NCBI GenBank assembly: GCA_027487555.1 | Contig: JAIYDI010000032.1 | Location: 7,249-71,248, forward strand | DNA from: Hyphomicrobiales bacterium | GTDB taxonomy: Bacteria; Pseudomonadota; Alphaproteobacteria; Rhizobiales; Devosiaceae | DNA length: 64,000 nt | Direction of reading: 5' to 3' | Shown: positions 55,612 to 64,000 of the stretch, piece by piece | How the letters are laid out: every line of letters starts with the position of its first letter | Position numbering within the stretch: the first letter of the stretch is position 1 | The notes under the pieces: generated by a model | Told to the model about the DNA's origin: nothing | What the model saw: the letters and a program-made list of their open reading frames with translations, nothing else | Database searches by the model: none | Made by a program: the position numbers and the translations under genes

Positions 55612-57314
55612 CCGACAAGAAAGCGTTTCGTTGCGCCATCTACACCCGAAAATCCTCCGAAGAGGGTCTCGAGCAGGATTTCAACTCGCTCGAGGCCCAG
55701 CGCGAGGCCTGTGAAGCCTATGTTCGATCGCAGGAACACGAGGGGTGGAAGTTGCTGCCCGACCGTTTCGATGACGGTGGCTTCTCCGGCGGCAACATGG
55801 AGCGGCCGGCGCTGAAGCAGTTGATCGAGCTGGTCGACGCCGGCCGCATCGACATCATTGTGGTCTACAAGATCGATCGGCTCACCCGCTCGCTGACCGA
55901 CTTTGCCAGGCTGGCCGAAGTACTCGACAAGCGTGGCGTGTCGTTTGTTTCGGTGACACAGCAGTTCAACACGACGACCTCGATGGGGCGTCTGATGCTC
56001 AACGTGCTGCTCTCCTTCGCCCAGTTCGAACGCGAGATCACCGGCGAGCGCATCCGGGACAAGATCGCCGCCTCCAAGAAGAAGGGCATGTGGATGGGTG
56101 GGGTGCCGCCCATGGGCTACGACATCGTTGGGCGGCAGTTGGTGGTCAACGAAGTGGACGCGGCGACGATCCGACGGATCTTCGGCTTGTACCTCGAGGA
56201 GGGCAACGTCGCTGCCCTGCATGAGCGCCTGGCGCGAGAGGATATCCGAACCGCGGCGCGCTACTCGGCCAAGGGAAACCACTACGGCAATCGGCCTTTT
56301 ACACGCGGACATCTCTCCAAGCTGCTGGTCAATCCCATCTACATCGGACGTGTACCACACAAGGCGGTCTCGCATCGTGGTCAGCACCCGGCCATCATCG
56401 ACACGCCTACCTGGGATGCGGTGCAGGAGAAACTGGCGGATAACACGCAGGGGCCCCGGAATCGCCGGCGGCGCCCCGAGCCACAAACCCACCTCCTGGA
56501 AGGGCTGCTGCACACTCAATCGGGCGCACGGTTCGTCGTGGGCGGTGCGAACAAGGGGGCGCGGCGGTACCGATACTATGTCGAGGAGCAGACCGACCGC
56601 GATGGTGACGGAGGGCTTCCAGCGGTCCGACTGGCGTCAGGGGAAATCGAGACGGCGGTCATTGCTGGACTCAGGGGCGTGCTTGCCGACCACCGAGGGC
56701 TGTTGGCTCGCCTGGAAGCTGCAAACTCGGCCGAGGCACCTACTGCACTGCGATCCGCCAACACCTTGTGTGACGCGCTTGCCGGTCGCATCGACCCTGA
56801 GCTGACGACACGGGTTCGCCGCGTGCTGCGCCGGGTGACGGTCGGCCATGACCGTTTGCTGCTGAGCTTCTCAATTGGCGGCCTGCGAAGCGTTCTTGGC
56901 ATCGCGCGTGCGCCCGCTTTAGGGCCGACGAATGAGGCTGAGGTTGATGAGGAGTTCTCGATCACCGTGCCCTATCGGGTCACGCGACGCGGGCGTCAGA
57001 TGAAGCTCGTGCTGCTGAATTCCACCAATAGTTCGTCCCTCGATAGATCGCTGGTCACGGCGGTGGTGCGTGCCTGGGACTGGGCCGAGCGGCTCAAATC
57101 CGGAGAGGTCGAGTCGATGGCGGAAATCTGCGCCACCGAAGGGTTCACCGACACCTATGTCGGTAAGGTGCTGCCGCTGGCATTCCTGTCGCCGGAGATT
57201 GTTGAAAGCATCCTCAGAGGTTCGCAGCCACCATCCCTCACCGCCAACCGACTGATCTGGGGCGGTCGCCTGCCATCGATCTGGAGCGAACAGTCGGCAG
57301 TAATCGACGGCTAA
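55608..57314 (+). CDS. Large serine recombinase
   Basis: 568 aa; ATGA overlap with the previous gene. Resolvase catalytic domain CAIYTRKSSEEGLEQDFNSLEAQREACEAYV...VYKIDRLTRS, then a recombinase domain and a long C-terminal extension. Confidence 0.92.
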   Translation: MTDKKAFRCAIYTRKSSEEGLEQDFNSLEAQREACEAYVRSQEHEGWKLLPDRFDDGGFSGGNMERPALKQLIELVDAGRIDIIVVYKIDRLTRSLTDFARLAEVLDKRGVSFVSVTQQFNTTTSMGRLMLNVLLSFAQFEREITGERIRDKIAASKKKGMWMGGVPPMGYDIVGRQLVVNEVDAATIRRIFGLYLEEGNVAALHERLAREDIRTAARYSAKGNHYGNRPFTRGHLSKLLVNPIYIGRVPHKAVSHRGQHPAIIDTPTWDAVQEKLADNTQGPRNRRRRPEPQTHLLEGLLHTQSGARFVVGGANKGARRYRYYVEEQTDRDGDGGLPAVRLASGEIETAVIAGLRGVLADHRGLLARLEAANSAEAPTALRSANTLCDALAGRIDPELTTRVRRVLRRVTVGHDRLLLSFSIGGLRSVLGIARAPALGPTNEAEVDEEFSITVPYRVTRRGRQMKLVLLNSTNSSSLDRSLVTAVVRAWDWAERLKSGEVESMAEICATEGFTDTYVGKVLPLAFLSPEIVESILRGSQPPSLTANRLIWGGRLPSIWSEQSAVIDG

Positions 57315-57913
57315 AATAGGGCAGGGCTTAGTCGCCAGCGGTCGCGATACGCTCGGAGGCGAGCCGGCAGCGCTCAATGGCGCGCAATAGGCGACGTTGC
57401 AGGTTCTTCTGCTGAGCCGGCGTCAGACGGGGATTCTGACCAGCGGTGGCGATACTTTGCGCATCTTCGAGTAGGGCGGTGGCAATGGCGAACAAGTGCC
57501 CAACGCGGTCCGCCTGCCTATTCTGATGATGCCGCACCACAATCCCCCACAAGATAGGTGAGGTGACGAAGGCTTGCCAACTGTAGGAAGTCCAGCTGAG
57601 CAGTGACGTAACTCACTGCATCATCCGAGCAGGATTGAAATTTCGCGCATGGCAGATTCCGTCGGGAGACAAACCTTACGGTGTTCCATATCGCATGTAA
57701 TGCGAATGAAACGGGCTTTGCCCGCCGGGGAGCCGGCGTCGACGTCCCAATGATGGTAACGGGTGTACTGCACGGCTTGCGAGGATTACGGGCGACGACG
57801 CTAACCGTGTGCACGGGAGAACTGCAGTGTGATCGCCCACAAGGATAGGCATATGCCAGCCACAGTGTGCCTCAGTCACAAGCAACAGTGTGGCTCAGCC
57901 TAACCATTGACTC

Positions 57914-57937
57914 AAAGGCCCCGAATTTGGGGCCTTT
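57914..57937. terminator. Bidirectional-looking hairpin
   Basis: AAAGGCCCC-GAATTT-GGGGCCTTT flanked by A/T runs, in AT-richer DNA after the recombinase. Confidence 0.5.
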
Positions 57938-58210
57938 CGATTCCTGTAGCCGATTGTGGTTCTTGATACCGCCTGGTGCTGGTCACCGGCTGCCGAACAA
58001 GCCGATGGTTCCACCTTCAAGCCAGACTGCGCTCGGACCCATGGCGCGAACGCTCGCAGCGGCCTCTTCCGATCGCCCGCCCCCTTTCCCCAGACGGTGA
58101 CCGGCACCTTGCCCGCGGGAATGTTGGGCAGCGCGAAGCGGCCTCCGAGTCAGTCCGTACTGGCTCGGTCGCCTTATCCGGACCTGTCGAGACGAGGCGG
58201 TGCAAGATTG

Positions 58211-59098
58211 CTACTCTTCGACAGTCGCCAGTTTGACAGTGATGGCTGCGGCACGGTCGGGTCGCATCTTGGAGAGGATCGGTGCGATCTTTCGAGGGCT
58301 CATTGCCCTCGCGATGGTGAGGAGGACTTCGTCGGGCATTTCATTGAATATCGCCGCTGCGGCCGCCGGCTTCATGCTTTCGTAGGTTGCGATAAGCCCC
58401 TCGAGCTTGCCAGATTCTGCCTCTTCCGCCTTGGCCAAGGTCGCGTCAATATCGACTTTAAGCTGTTCAAGTGCGGCAGTTCTCTCCTCGATCTGCTTTT
58501 CTGCGGCCGCGAGAATGGCTTCCTGCATCTCGAAATCGCCCGACAGGGTTTCGAGTTCCAGGCGGCGCTCCTGGAGCCGCTGTCCGATCATGTCTTGCGT
58601 CTTCAGTTCTGCGGCGATGGGCACGGGCTTGCCGTCGGCACCGATAAAGGAAGGTTCGGCATCAGTGATATTGACGCATTCGCGACCGGTCTGGGGCTGC
58701 TGATCCCCCACAGGTTGCTCGCCCGCGATTTCTTCCTCAGGGCTACCGGCGTCAGCATTGCTCGGCGCCGGGGCAGACGCTTCAATCTCGCCGATCTGGA
58801 CTACGCACTTCTCGGCAGACGCGACTACATGTTCCGCCTCAGGCGCGGCGCCCTCGACTTCAGACGATGCGTGGGCCGGGGGCTCGCCTTCAGCCAACGA
58901 CCCGAAATCCAGCGTCGGCGTCTCGTCCTCAAGCGTAGGAGCGGTATCCTGAATGGTCATGCCGAGATTCTCGCCAGATTCCTCTCCGGCACCCGGGCTT
59001 TCAGCCTTCTTTTCGCTTAGCGCCGGCGATGAGGCCAGCATGGCAGCCACTCCCAGCGCAATAGCGCATGTTCTGATGAGTAGAGAAGCCCTTGCCAT
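58211..59098 (-). CDS. MotE/FlbB-like protein (COG3334, MgtE_N-like C-terminus), exported
   Basis: ORF to 59227 trimmed to ATG 59098 (signal MARASLLIRTCAIALGVAAMLASSPALS). Acidic coiled-coil middle. C-terminal YESMKPAAAAAIFNEMPDEVLLTIARAMSPRKIAPILSKMRPDRAAAIT. Confidence 0.7.
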   Translation of the reverse strand: MARASLLIRTCAIALGVAAMLASSPALSEKKAESPGAGEESGENLGMTIQDTAPTLEDETPTLDFGSLAEGEPPAHASSEVEGAAPEAEHVVASAEKCVVQIGEIEASAPAPSNADAGSPEEEIAGEQPVGDQQPQTGRECVNITDAEPSFIGADGKPVPIAAELKTQDMIGQRLQERRLELETLSGDFEMQEAILAAAEKQIEERTAALEQLKVDIDATLAKAEEAESGKLEGLIATYESMKPAAAAAIFNEMPDEVLLTIARAMSPRKIAPILSKMRPDRAAAITVKLATVEE

Positions 59099-59363
59099 GT
59101 TGCGCGCTCCAGAGTGGTCAAGCCCGCACCGATAAGCCAACGAGAGCCTGAACCGACTGTCAACGAGGCCCCATTTCCGAGTTCGATTTACGGTCCGTCT
59201 TCTTCGATGCTTAGCAAGTGATTGCATTGACGGTTACAACGGGTTGGATCTTCATGACCGGAACGTCGCTCGGGTCGACACGGAGGCGCGATATCACTTC
59301 GCATCCATCGCACTCAGCAGCAGCCCCTTTCGGACCGCAGTTTCTCGAATACGACGCATGGCC

Positions 59364-59687
59364 TGACCCCTGAAAAGTGGTTCTCCCCGAAGTATGGCTC
59401 TTGAGCCAGGAGGACGACGAAATGGCAGGCAAGAGACCGACATCTGAAGGGATCGTGGCGAGGCTACGGCAGGTCGATGTGCTGAACTCGCGCGGTAAGA
59501 CGGATGCTGAGGCGGTTCGAGCGATAGGGGTTACGGAAGTAACCTACTATCGCTGGCGCAAGGAATATGGGGGCCTCAAGGGCGACCAGGTGAAGCGGCT
59601 GAAGGAGCTCGAGGCGACGAACGCCCGGCTTCGACGGGCCGTGTCGGACCTGACGCTGGACAAGCTGATCCTGGCTAAGGCCGCTCG
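59364..59687 (+). mobile_element. IS3-family element stump A: left end plus truncated orfA
   Basis: TGACCCCTGAAAAGTGG is terminal-repeat-like. orfA starts at ATG 59422 (AGGAGG RBS): MAGKRPTSEGIVARLRQVDVL...IGVTEVTYYRWRKEYGGLKGDQVKRLKELEATNARLRRAVSDLTLDKLILAKAA. Homology then stops and there is no orfB. Confidence 0.7.
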
Positions 59688-59931
59688 GAGAGCTGGCGCA
59701 GCCGCTTCACCTCCGAGGGCATCAACCCAGCATAGCGCTTACGCCAGTGGCCTCGGCAATGCCGCCCCTGCGACAGACCTCCGCAACCGGCGTGCCATCC
59801 TCGGCCTGCTTGAGTACAAAGGCGATCTGCCCTTCAGTGAACTTCGACGTCTTCATGGAACTCTCCTTTTCCCGGCCAGCGGATCATAAGTGGAAAATTC
59901 CAGCTCAGAATGGTCCGATTTGCGGGAGTCA
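59688..59931 (-). mobile_element. IS3-family element stump B: left end plus truncated, frameshifted orfA
   Basis: The minus strand from TGACTCCCGCAAATCGG (59931) has ATG at 59856: MKTSKFTEGQIAFVLKQAEDGTPVAEVCRRGGIAEAT. After an indel it reads WRKRYAGLMPSEVKRLRQL in another frame. It ends at 59690, abutting stump A. Confidence 0.6.
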
Positions 59932-60252
59932 GGACAGGCCGATACTCCGCTATTCGAAGCCGCAATCTGAACCGAATGTTCTGACGACGGCAGCAGACGG
60001 TGTTGCCGACCGCGAAGGACGTCCTGCCGTTGACTCCGACGTCTGTGAACCCTGCGACATTGGAGGTCACATTCGGCGCGTCTATGTCGGCCTGAAGTTG
60101 GTTCGTAACAAACTCGACCGCAGCGGCCCGCTGCAAGCGCGTCTCGTCGGCACGAACCCCTAAAGCGGTTGAGCGACCGCGGCCCCCCATACTTTCCAGT
60201 CTTGCGCTAGGCTGGAGCGGGGCGACAAGAAGATATCTTCCCTCCGGGTCCT

Positions 60253-60714
60253 TCACTCGATCGCGCTACGCTCGGCCTGAACGACACGGATACGGTCGGG
60301 CCAGGTGGATTTGATGTAGGCAATGATGTCCCAGATCTGCCGGTCGCTCAGGCTGTCCGCAAAGCGCGGCATGCCGCTGTCGAAATCCTCGACCCCGCTC
60401 TTGGCCAGGGCTGCGCGTCCGCCGAGCTTGGTGTAGTCGAAAAGGACCAAATCGCCGTGGTGCCAAGTATGTCCGGTTTCGTCGTGCGGGGGCGCGGGAA
60501 AGCGTCCGTCCGCTCCGAGGCTGCGCCAATCGGGCCTACCCTCGAGCTCGGCGCCATGGCACGCGGCGCAGTTCTCGGCAAAGAGGTCGGCACCGGCGAC
60601 GATATCGACATCGTCCGGCTGTGTGACGTTCGCCGTGCCCGTACGCGACGTCACCCAGAACGCGACGGCCGCGACGGCCGCCAGCGCGGCGATGGCCAGA
60701 GCGGTCCGCGTCAT
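60253..60714 (-). CDS. Membrane-anchored monoheme c-type cytochrome (paralog of 28268..28699)
   Basis: ORF to 60780 trimmed to ATG 60714. CAACHG heme site and the shared PAPPHDETGHTWHH motif. Its start overlaps the end of the oxidase pseudogene (ATGA). Confidence 0.8.
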   Translation of the reverse strand: MTRTALAIAALAAVAAVAFWVTSRTGTANVTQPDDVDIVAGADLFAENCAACHGAELEGRPDWRSLGADGRFPAPPHDETGHTWHHGDLVLFDYTKLGGRAALAKSGVEDFDSGMPRFADSLSDRQIWDIIAYIKSTWPDRIRVVQAERSAIE

Positions 60715-62255
60715 GTCAAACTCACCCGTTGCATCATGCCAGACACCGCATGGCCTAGCATGTGGCGATGGAAAAGCCACTCGCCGGGGCTATCGGCGAC
60801 AAAAGCGATCTGGCGGCCCCGCAGCAGAAGTGTGTCGCTCATCGGACCGTTAGCGCCGTCGGCCGGCACCTCCAGAAGGTAGATACCATGCAGGTGCCTA
60901 GTATGCGGAAACACTGTGTGTAGTTCATCCTGACACGCATCGCCTCGCCCCGCAATGCGGCGACCAGCGGCCACTGTGGCATGCCGACATCGCCTGCCAT
61001 CGCCCAGAACTGCCCGGCGCGCGCCATCTCGCGGAAGCCTGTCCGCTTTCCGTCCAGCATCGCCGAGCGCAGGCCGCCCATGGCGCCGCCTTCGATCCGC
61101 ATCTCGACCGTTCGGGCAGAGGTAGGATCGCCCATCGCATTGCCCGGGTTCGGCGACAGGGGCGCGGGGCCACTGCGGCGGGCCAGCAACTCCCGGCTCG
61201 TCACCGGGAACGACACCTGCGCGCCCCCCGGTGATTGTCGATATGGCCGAGCGAGGCCTCCTGGCCTTCCGGAGCGGTGACGTCGGCGACTAGGTCGACC
61301 CGTTGCGCCGGGGCAAGCTCCACGCCGTGGTCACCTTCTCTGGCTGCGGCAGGGTCACCCTGTCATGGGCGACAGTCCAGCGGTCCAGCCCTTTCAGCGC
61401 CAACTGAAAGATCCGGGCATTCGGTGCATTGATCAAACGAAGCCACAGGCGCTGGTGCCGCGAGACGCGGCGGCTCAAGTCGAACTTTGCATTTGTCGTG
61501 ATGACGTTGCCGAACCCGCCGCCATGCGAAAGATCGTGCATCGCGGCGAAATCCGGTCGATCTGGGCGTTCTGGGAAAGTCGCCAATCGTCAAGGATCAG
61601 CATGCTCGGCGTCGATGTGTGGCGCGTTCTAACGCTGAAACCTACAAAAATGCTGTCCCAGCTACCCTCGGAGATCACCGATGAACGTCCGATCCGGCCC
61701 GCTCGCCTGCATCGATCCGCTCCAGACAGGCAATGTAATGGGGGATGAATGCCTGCTGCCCATTTTGCTGTTGCAGGTCGCGACGTGTTGGTAGAACGCT
61801 CCGCTCGTGGCCGGGCCCCTCGACAGCGCGGTCGTGTTCGTGCGCGTCTCGCTGTGCGTCGGCATGTGCCACGCGATGCATAAACTGATGGGCGGGACTT
61901 ATCTCGACAAACAGACCGAGACGCGGCAGGACCGGTAGTGCCGGAGGTGATCAACCGAGCAGACCGGCGGCGTGAAACTCGGCATGCGATGGGGCCGGCT
62001 CGCTGCCAGCCTTTTGACAAACGGATGCTCGATCTCGACAGGATCATGCGAACCGTTTCAGGTAGTCGCGCCGGGCCGGTGTTCCGCAAGGTTGCGTCGT
62101 CGTAGACCTGTCCGATGGTGATGTTCCCGATTTACCTACAAGAACAGACGGACAGGCTTCGTGATCGGGCCCCGGTGATCGAATGCGAAGGCTTCCCGGC
62201 TGCACTCCATCCGCGGCCAGGCACACGTATAACGCAGTATTGAATGCCGGAGTGG
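60711..62255 (-). pseudogene. Multicopper oxidase pseudogene (several frameshifts, type-1 Cu Cys replaced by Arg)
   Basis: Oxidase-like segments lie in different minus frames, in order: LILDDWRL; DFAAMHDLSHGGG...RLWLRLINAPNARIF; ELAPAQRVDLVADV; QFWAMAGDVGMP...RGEAMRVRMN; HTRHLHG...EWLFHRHMLGHAVSGMM. At least four frame changes occur between 60925 and 61560. The part upstream of about 61650 is only weakly recognisable. Confidence 0.65.
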
Positions 62256-62343
62256 ACTGGCGGGTCATCCGCGTGCTTGACCTTCTAGCGGGGGAATGCC
62301 CCATCGGAAGATTGGACAAGCGAGACGCCAGGGTAGGACGGTG

Positions 62344-63138
62344 ATGTCAGGACTGAACATTTCACGCCGAGGAGTTCTGGCTGTCCTCATGGTCGGGGGC
62401 CTCGGTGTTTTGATTGCAAGGCGACCGATCGGCGCGCTGTTCGCGGCGGATCTCGAGTTCGAGCCTATGCCCGGCCTGCCCGGCTTCCGGAGGATGGCGG
62501 GTGGCAGCATATCGAGCAGAGGATTGGCGAGCGGCACGTTCAGCCCCTTCGTCGGGCTGGACGCAGGCGACGAAGCGGACCCGAAGCTCCAGGAAAGCGT
62601 GGCGCAGGTCAGGTCCGCCATCTGCCCCGCGCTCTACTCCGACGGCCCCAGCGGGGACGTCGTGCCGGTGGCCTCGTTCTCGGACTACAATTGCCCCTAT
62701 TGCCGGGTGCAGACCGAAAGGCTCGCCGAGATGGCGCAGGGCGGCGGGATCGAAGTGGCATGGCACGAGTTGCCGCTGCTGGGCGATACCTCCGTCACCG
62801 CGGCTCGGGCTGCGCTCGCCGCCAAGCGACAAGGGGCCTACCTGGCCTTCCACAGACGCCTAATGCGGACGATGTTTCTGCCGAGCCCGGAGTACCTCGA
62901 TGTTCTGGTCGACGACATCGGGGTCGATCGGGAACGCTTCCTCGCGGATATGCAGAGCGCCGAGGTGGAGGACGAAATCCGACGCAGCCGGGCGCTGGCG
63001 CGGATCTTCGGCTTCATCGGCACACCGGCGCTTGTGGTGGGACGCACGGTCGTCCAGGGCCAGCTCGGCCATGCGACGATCGCCAAGCTGATCGAGCGGG
63101 AACGGACGGAAGGGCCGGTTCCGGGATGTGCGGCCTGA
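62344..63138 (+). CDS. DsbA-family thiol:disulfide oxidoreductase (ScsC-like)
   Basis: ORF from 62296 trimmed to ATG 62344 (MSGLNISRRGVLAVL). Active site SDYNCPYCRV; C-terminal GTPALVVGRTVVQG. Confidence 0.8.
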   Translation: MSGLNISRRGVLAVLMVGGLGVLIARRPIGALFAADLEFEPMPGLPGFRRMAGGSISSRGLASGTFSPFVGLDAGDEADPKLQESVAQVRSAICPALYSDGPSGDVVPVASFSDYNCPYCRVQTERLAEMAQGGGIEVAWHELPLLGDTSVTAARAALAAKRQGAYLAFHRRLMRTMFLPSPEYLDVLVDDIGVDRERFLADMQSAEVEDEIRRSRALARIFGFIGTPALVVGRTVVQGQLGHATIAKLIERERTEGPVPGCAA

Positions 63139-64000
63139 TACGCGCGTGGGTCGCGACGCTTATGGCGATGCTCTTCCTGATGCAACCGGCCGTCGCGGCG
63201 GTCTCCGACCGCGTCGGCGCCGAAGCCGTGACCGCGACCCTAGTCACCGCCGAGAATGCGGTTGCGCCCGATGCGTCTACCCTGTCGGCCGGTCTCGACC
63301 TGACGCTCGGACATGGATGGAAAACCTACTGGCGCTCGCCGGGCGAGGTCGGCATCCCGCCTGAGATCTCTTGGGAAGGCTCCGAGAATGTCGCCTCGGT
63401 CGAGATGCTCTGGCCGGCGCCGACACGGTTCCGCGCCTTCGGGATCGAGAACTTCGGCTATGCAAATCACGTCACCTTTCCGCTGCAGGTTCGACTGGCC
63501 GACCCGGGCGCTCCGGTGGCGTTGCGCGCATCCGTCGATTTGCTGGTCTGCTCGGACATCTGCGTGCTGCAGACACTGGATCTGTCGCTCGAGCTGCCCA
63601 CAGGGTCGGGGATCGACACTGCCTCCGCCGAACTGATCGGTGAAGCTGCCGCCCGCGTGCCGGATGCCGAGGCCGCCGGCATCATGGCCGGCACCGCCCA
63701 TCTCGACACCGACCGCACGGCGTTGACCGTCACCGCGCGCAGCGACGCGGGCTTTACTGATCCAGACGTCTTTCCAGAACTGAACGGCGCGACATTCGGC
63801 GCGCCCGACATCAGGCTCGGCGACGGCGGCAAGCTGCTCTGGGCGCGGCTGCCGGTTCTGGCGGTGAGCGACGCGCCAACGGACCTCCGCGTCACCGTGA
63901 GCGACGGGCCACGCGCCGGGACGTTGACGATCCCATGGACAGACAACCCCCACACACCACCGTTCGCGCTCGACCGGGTCGTGCCGGGGATGAGCGAGCT
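63126..64000 (+). CDS. DsbD/ScsB-family protein-disulfide reductase, N-terminal DsbC-like domain region; continues past the right edge
   Basis: Not in the ORF track (no stop in window). The frame from ATG 63126 is open to 64000. It reads MCGLIRAWVATLMAMLFLMQPAVA...LTLGHGWKTYWRSPGEVGIPPEISW...VDLLVCSDICV, the GW.TYW..PG..G.P motif of DsbD/ScsB N-terminal domains. It overlaps the ScsC-like gene by 13 nt. Confidence 0.75.
   Translation, partial: MCGLIRAWVATLMAMLFLMQPAVAAVSDRVGAEAVTATLVTAENAVAPDASTLSAGLDLTLGHGWKTYWRSPGEVGIPPEISWEGSENVASVEMLWPAPTRFRAFGIENFGYANHVTFPLQVRLADPGAPVALRASVDLLVCSDICVLQTLDLSLELPTGSGIDTASAELIGEAAARVPDAEAAGIMAGTAHLDTDRTALTVTARSDAGFTDPDVFPELNGATFGAPDIRLGDGGKLLWARLPVLAVSDAPTDLRVTVSDGPRAGTLTIPWTDNPHTPPFALDRVVPGMSE

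Larger units (their letters stand above)
5336..57950. mobile_element. Putative large integrated element/composite genomic island (boundaries approximate)
   Basis: The left side is marked by tRNA 3' fossils whose truncated ends face right. The right side is marked by the serine recombinase trio and an AT-richer tail. The interior is accessory (phage module, copper island). No direct-repeat pair was identified, so the limits are inferred only. Confidence 0.3.

Noticed and set aside
57328-57552. 74-aa minus-strand ORF convergent with the recombinase
   Set aside because: It may be real, but it has no recognisable features and lies in a region where any GC-rich ORF of this size can arise by chance. 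Not called.
57956-59020. 354-aa plus-strand ORF
   Set aside because: It is antisense to the MotE-like gene. It has a low-complexity Arg/Leu/Gly composition and no recognisable domain.
62277-62298. Sixth CueR-type box (TTGACCTTCTAGCGGGGGAATG) upstream of the ScsC-like gene
   Set aside because: It shares the CTTGACCTTC left half, but the right half-site (GGGAATG versus GGAAGGT) has three mismatches and there is no plausible -10 after 19 nt. It is kept only as a weak possibility.

Overview
GC-rich proteobacterial DNA. It is probably an alphaproteobacterium of Rhizobiales type, inferred only from family content (DUF930, DUF1127, DUF3489/DUF2924, MotE-like, HmrR/ActP-type copper genes). All family calls come from motif recognition by eye; no searches were run.

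- Left edge: head of a minus-strand type I-E CRISPR-Cas operon (casA partial, cas3). No array lies in the window.
- 4.0-6.3 kb: visibly AT-richer junction with a lone GIY-YIG gene, two tRNA 3'-end fossils (Arg-CCG, Ser), a long hairpin and an iteron-like repeat cluster.
- 6.3-9.7 kb: orphan phage-type module (ParB-DNA methylase, DUF5681, large terminase) with no structural genes.
- 10.6-54 kb: a very large copper-homeostasis island. It holds three P1B ATPases with three different N-terminal metal-binding architectures, two CueR/HmrR regulators, five CueR-type 19-bp-spacer promoters, two intact multicopper oxidases, two Met-rich DUF305 proteins, CopZ and three c-type cytochrome genes (a fourth lies at 60.3 kb). 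It also holds two L,D-transpeptidases and five paralogous small secreted proteins (HC motif plus RPP tail). An archaeal-type GAPDH and a complete arcDABC arginine deiminase operon are chained co-directionally behind the CopB-like pump. A P2-type ATPase is also present.
- 54.4-57.3 kb: DUF3489-DUF2924-large serine recombinase trio, the probable element end.
- 58-64 kb: MotE-like gene, two head-on IS3-family orfA stumps, a cytochrome c, a multiply frameshifted multicopper oxidase pseudogene, and ScsC/ScsB-like thiol-disulfide genes (ScsB runs off the right edge).
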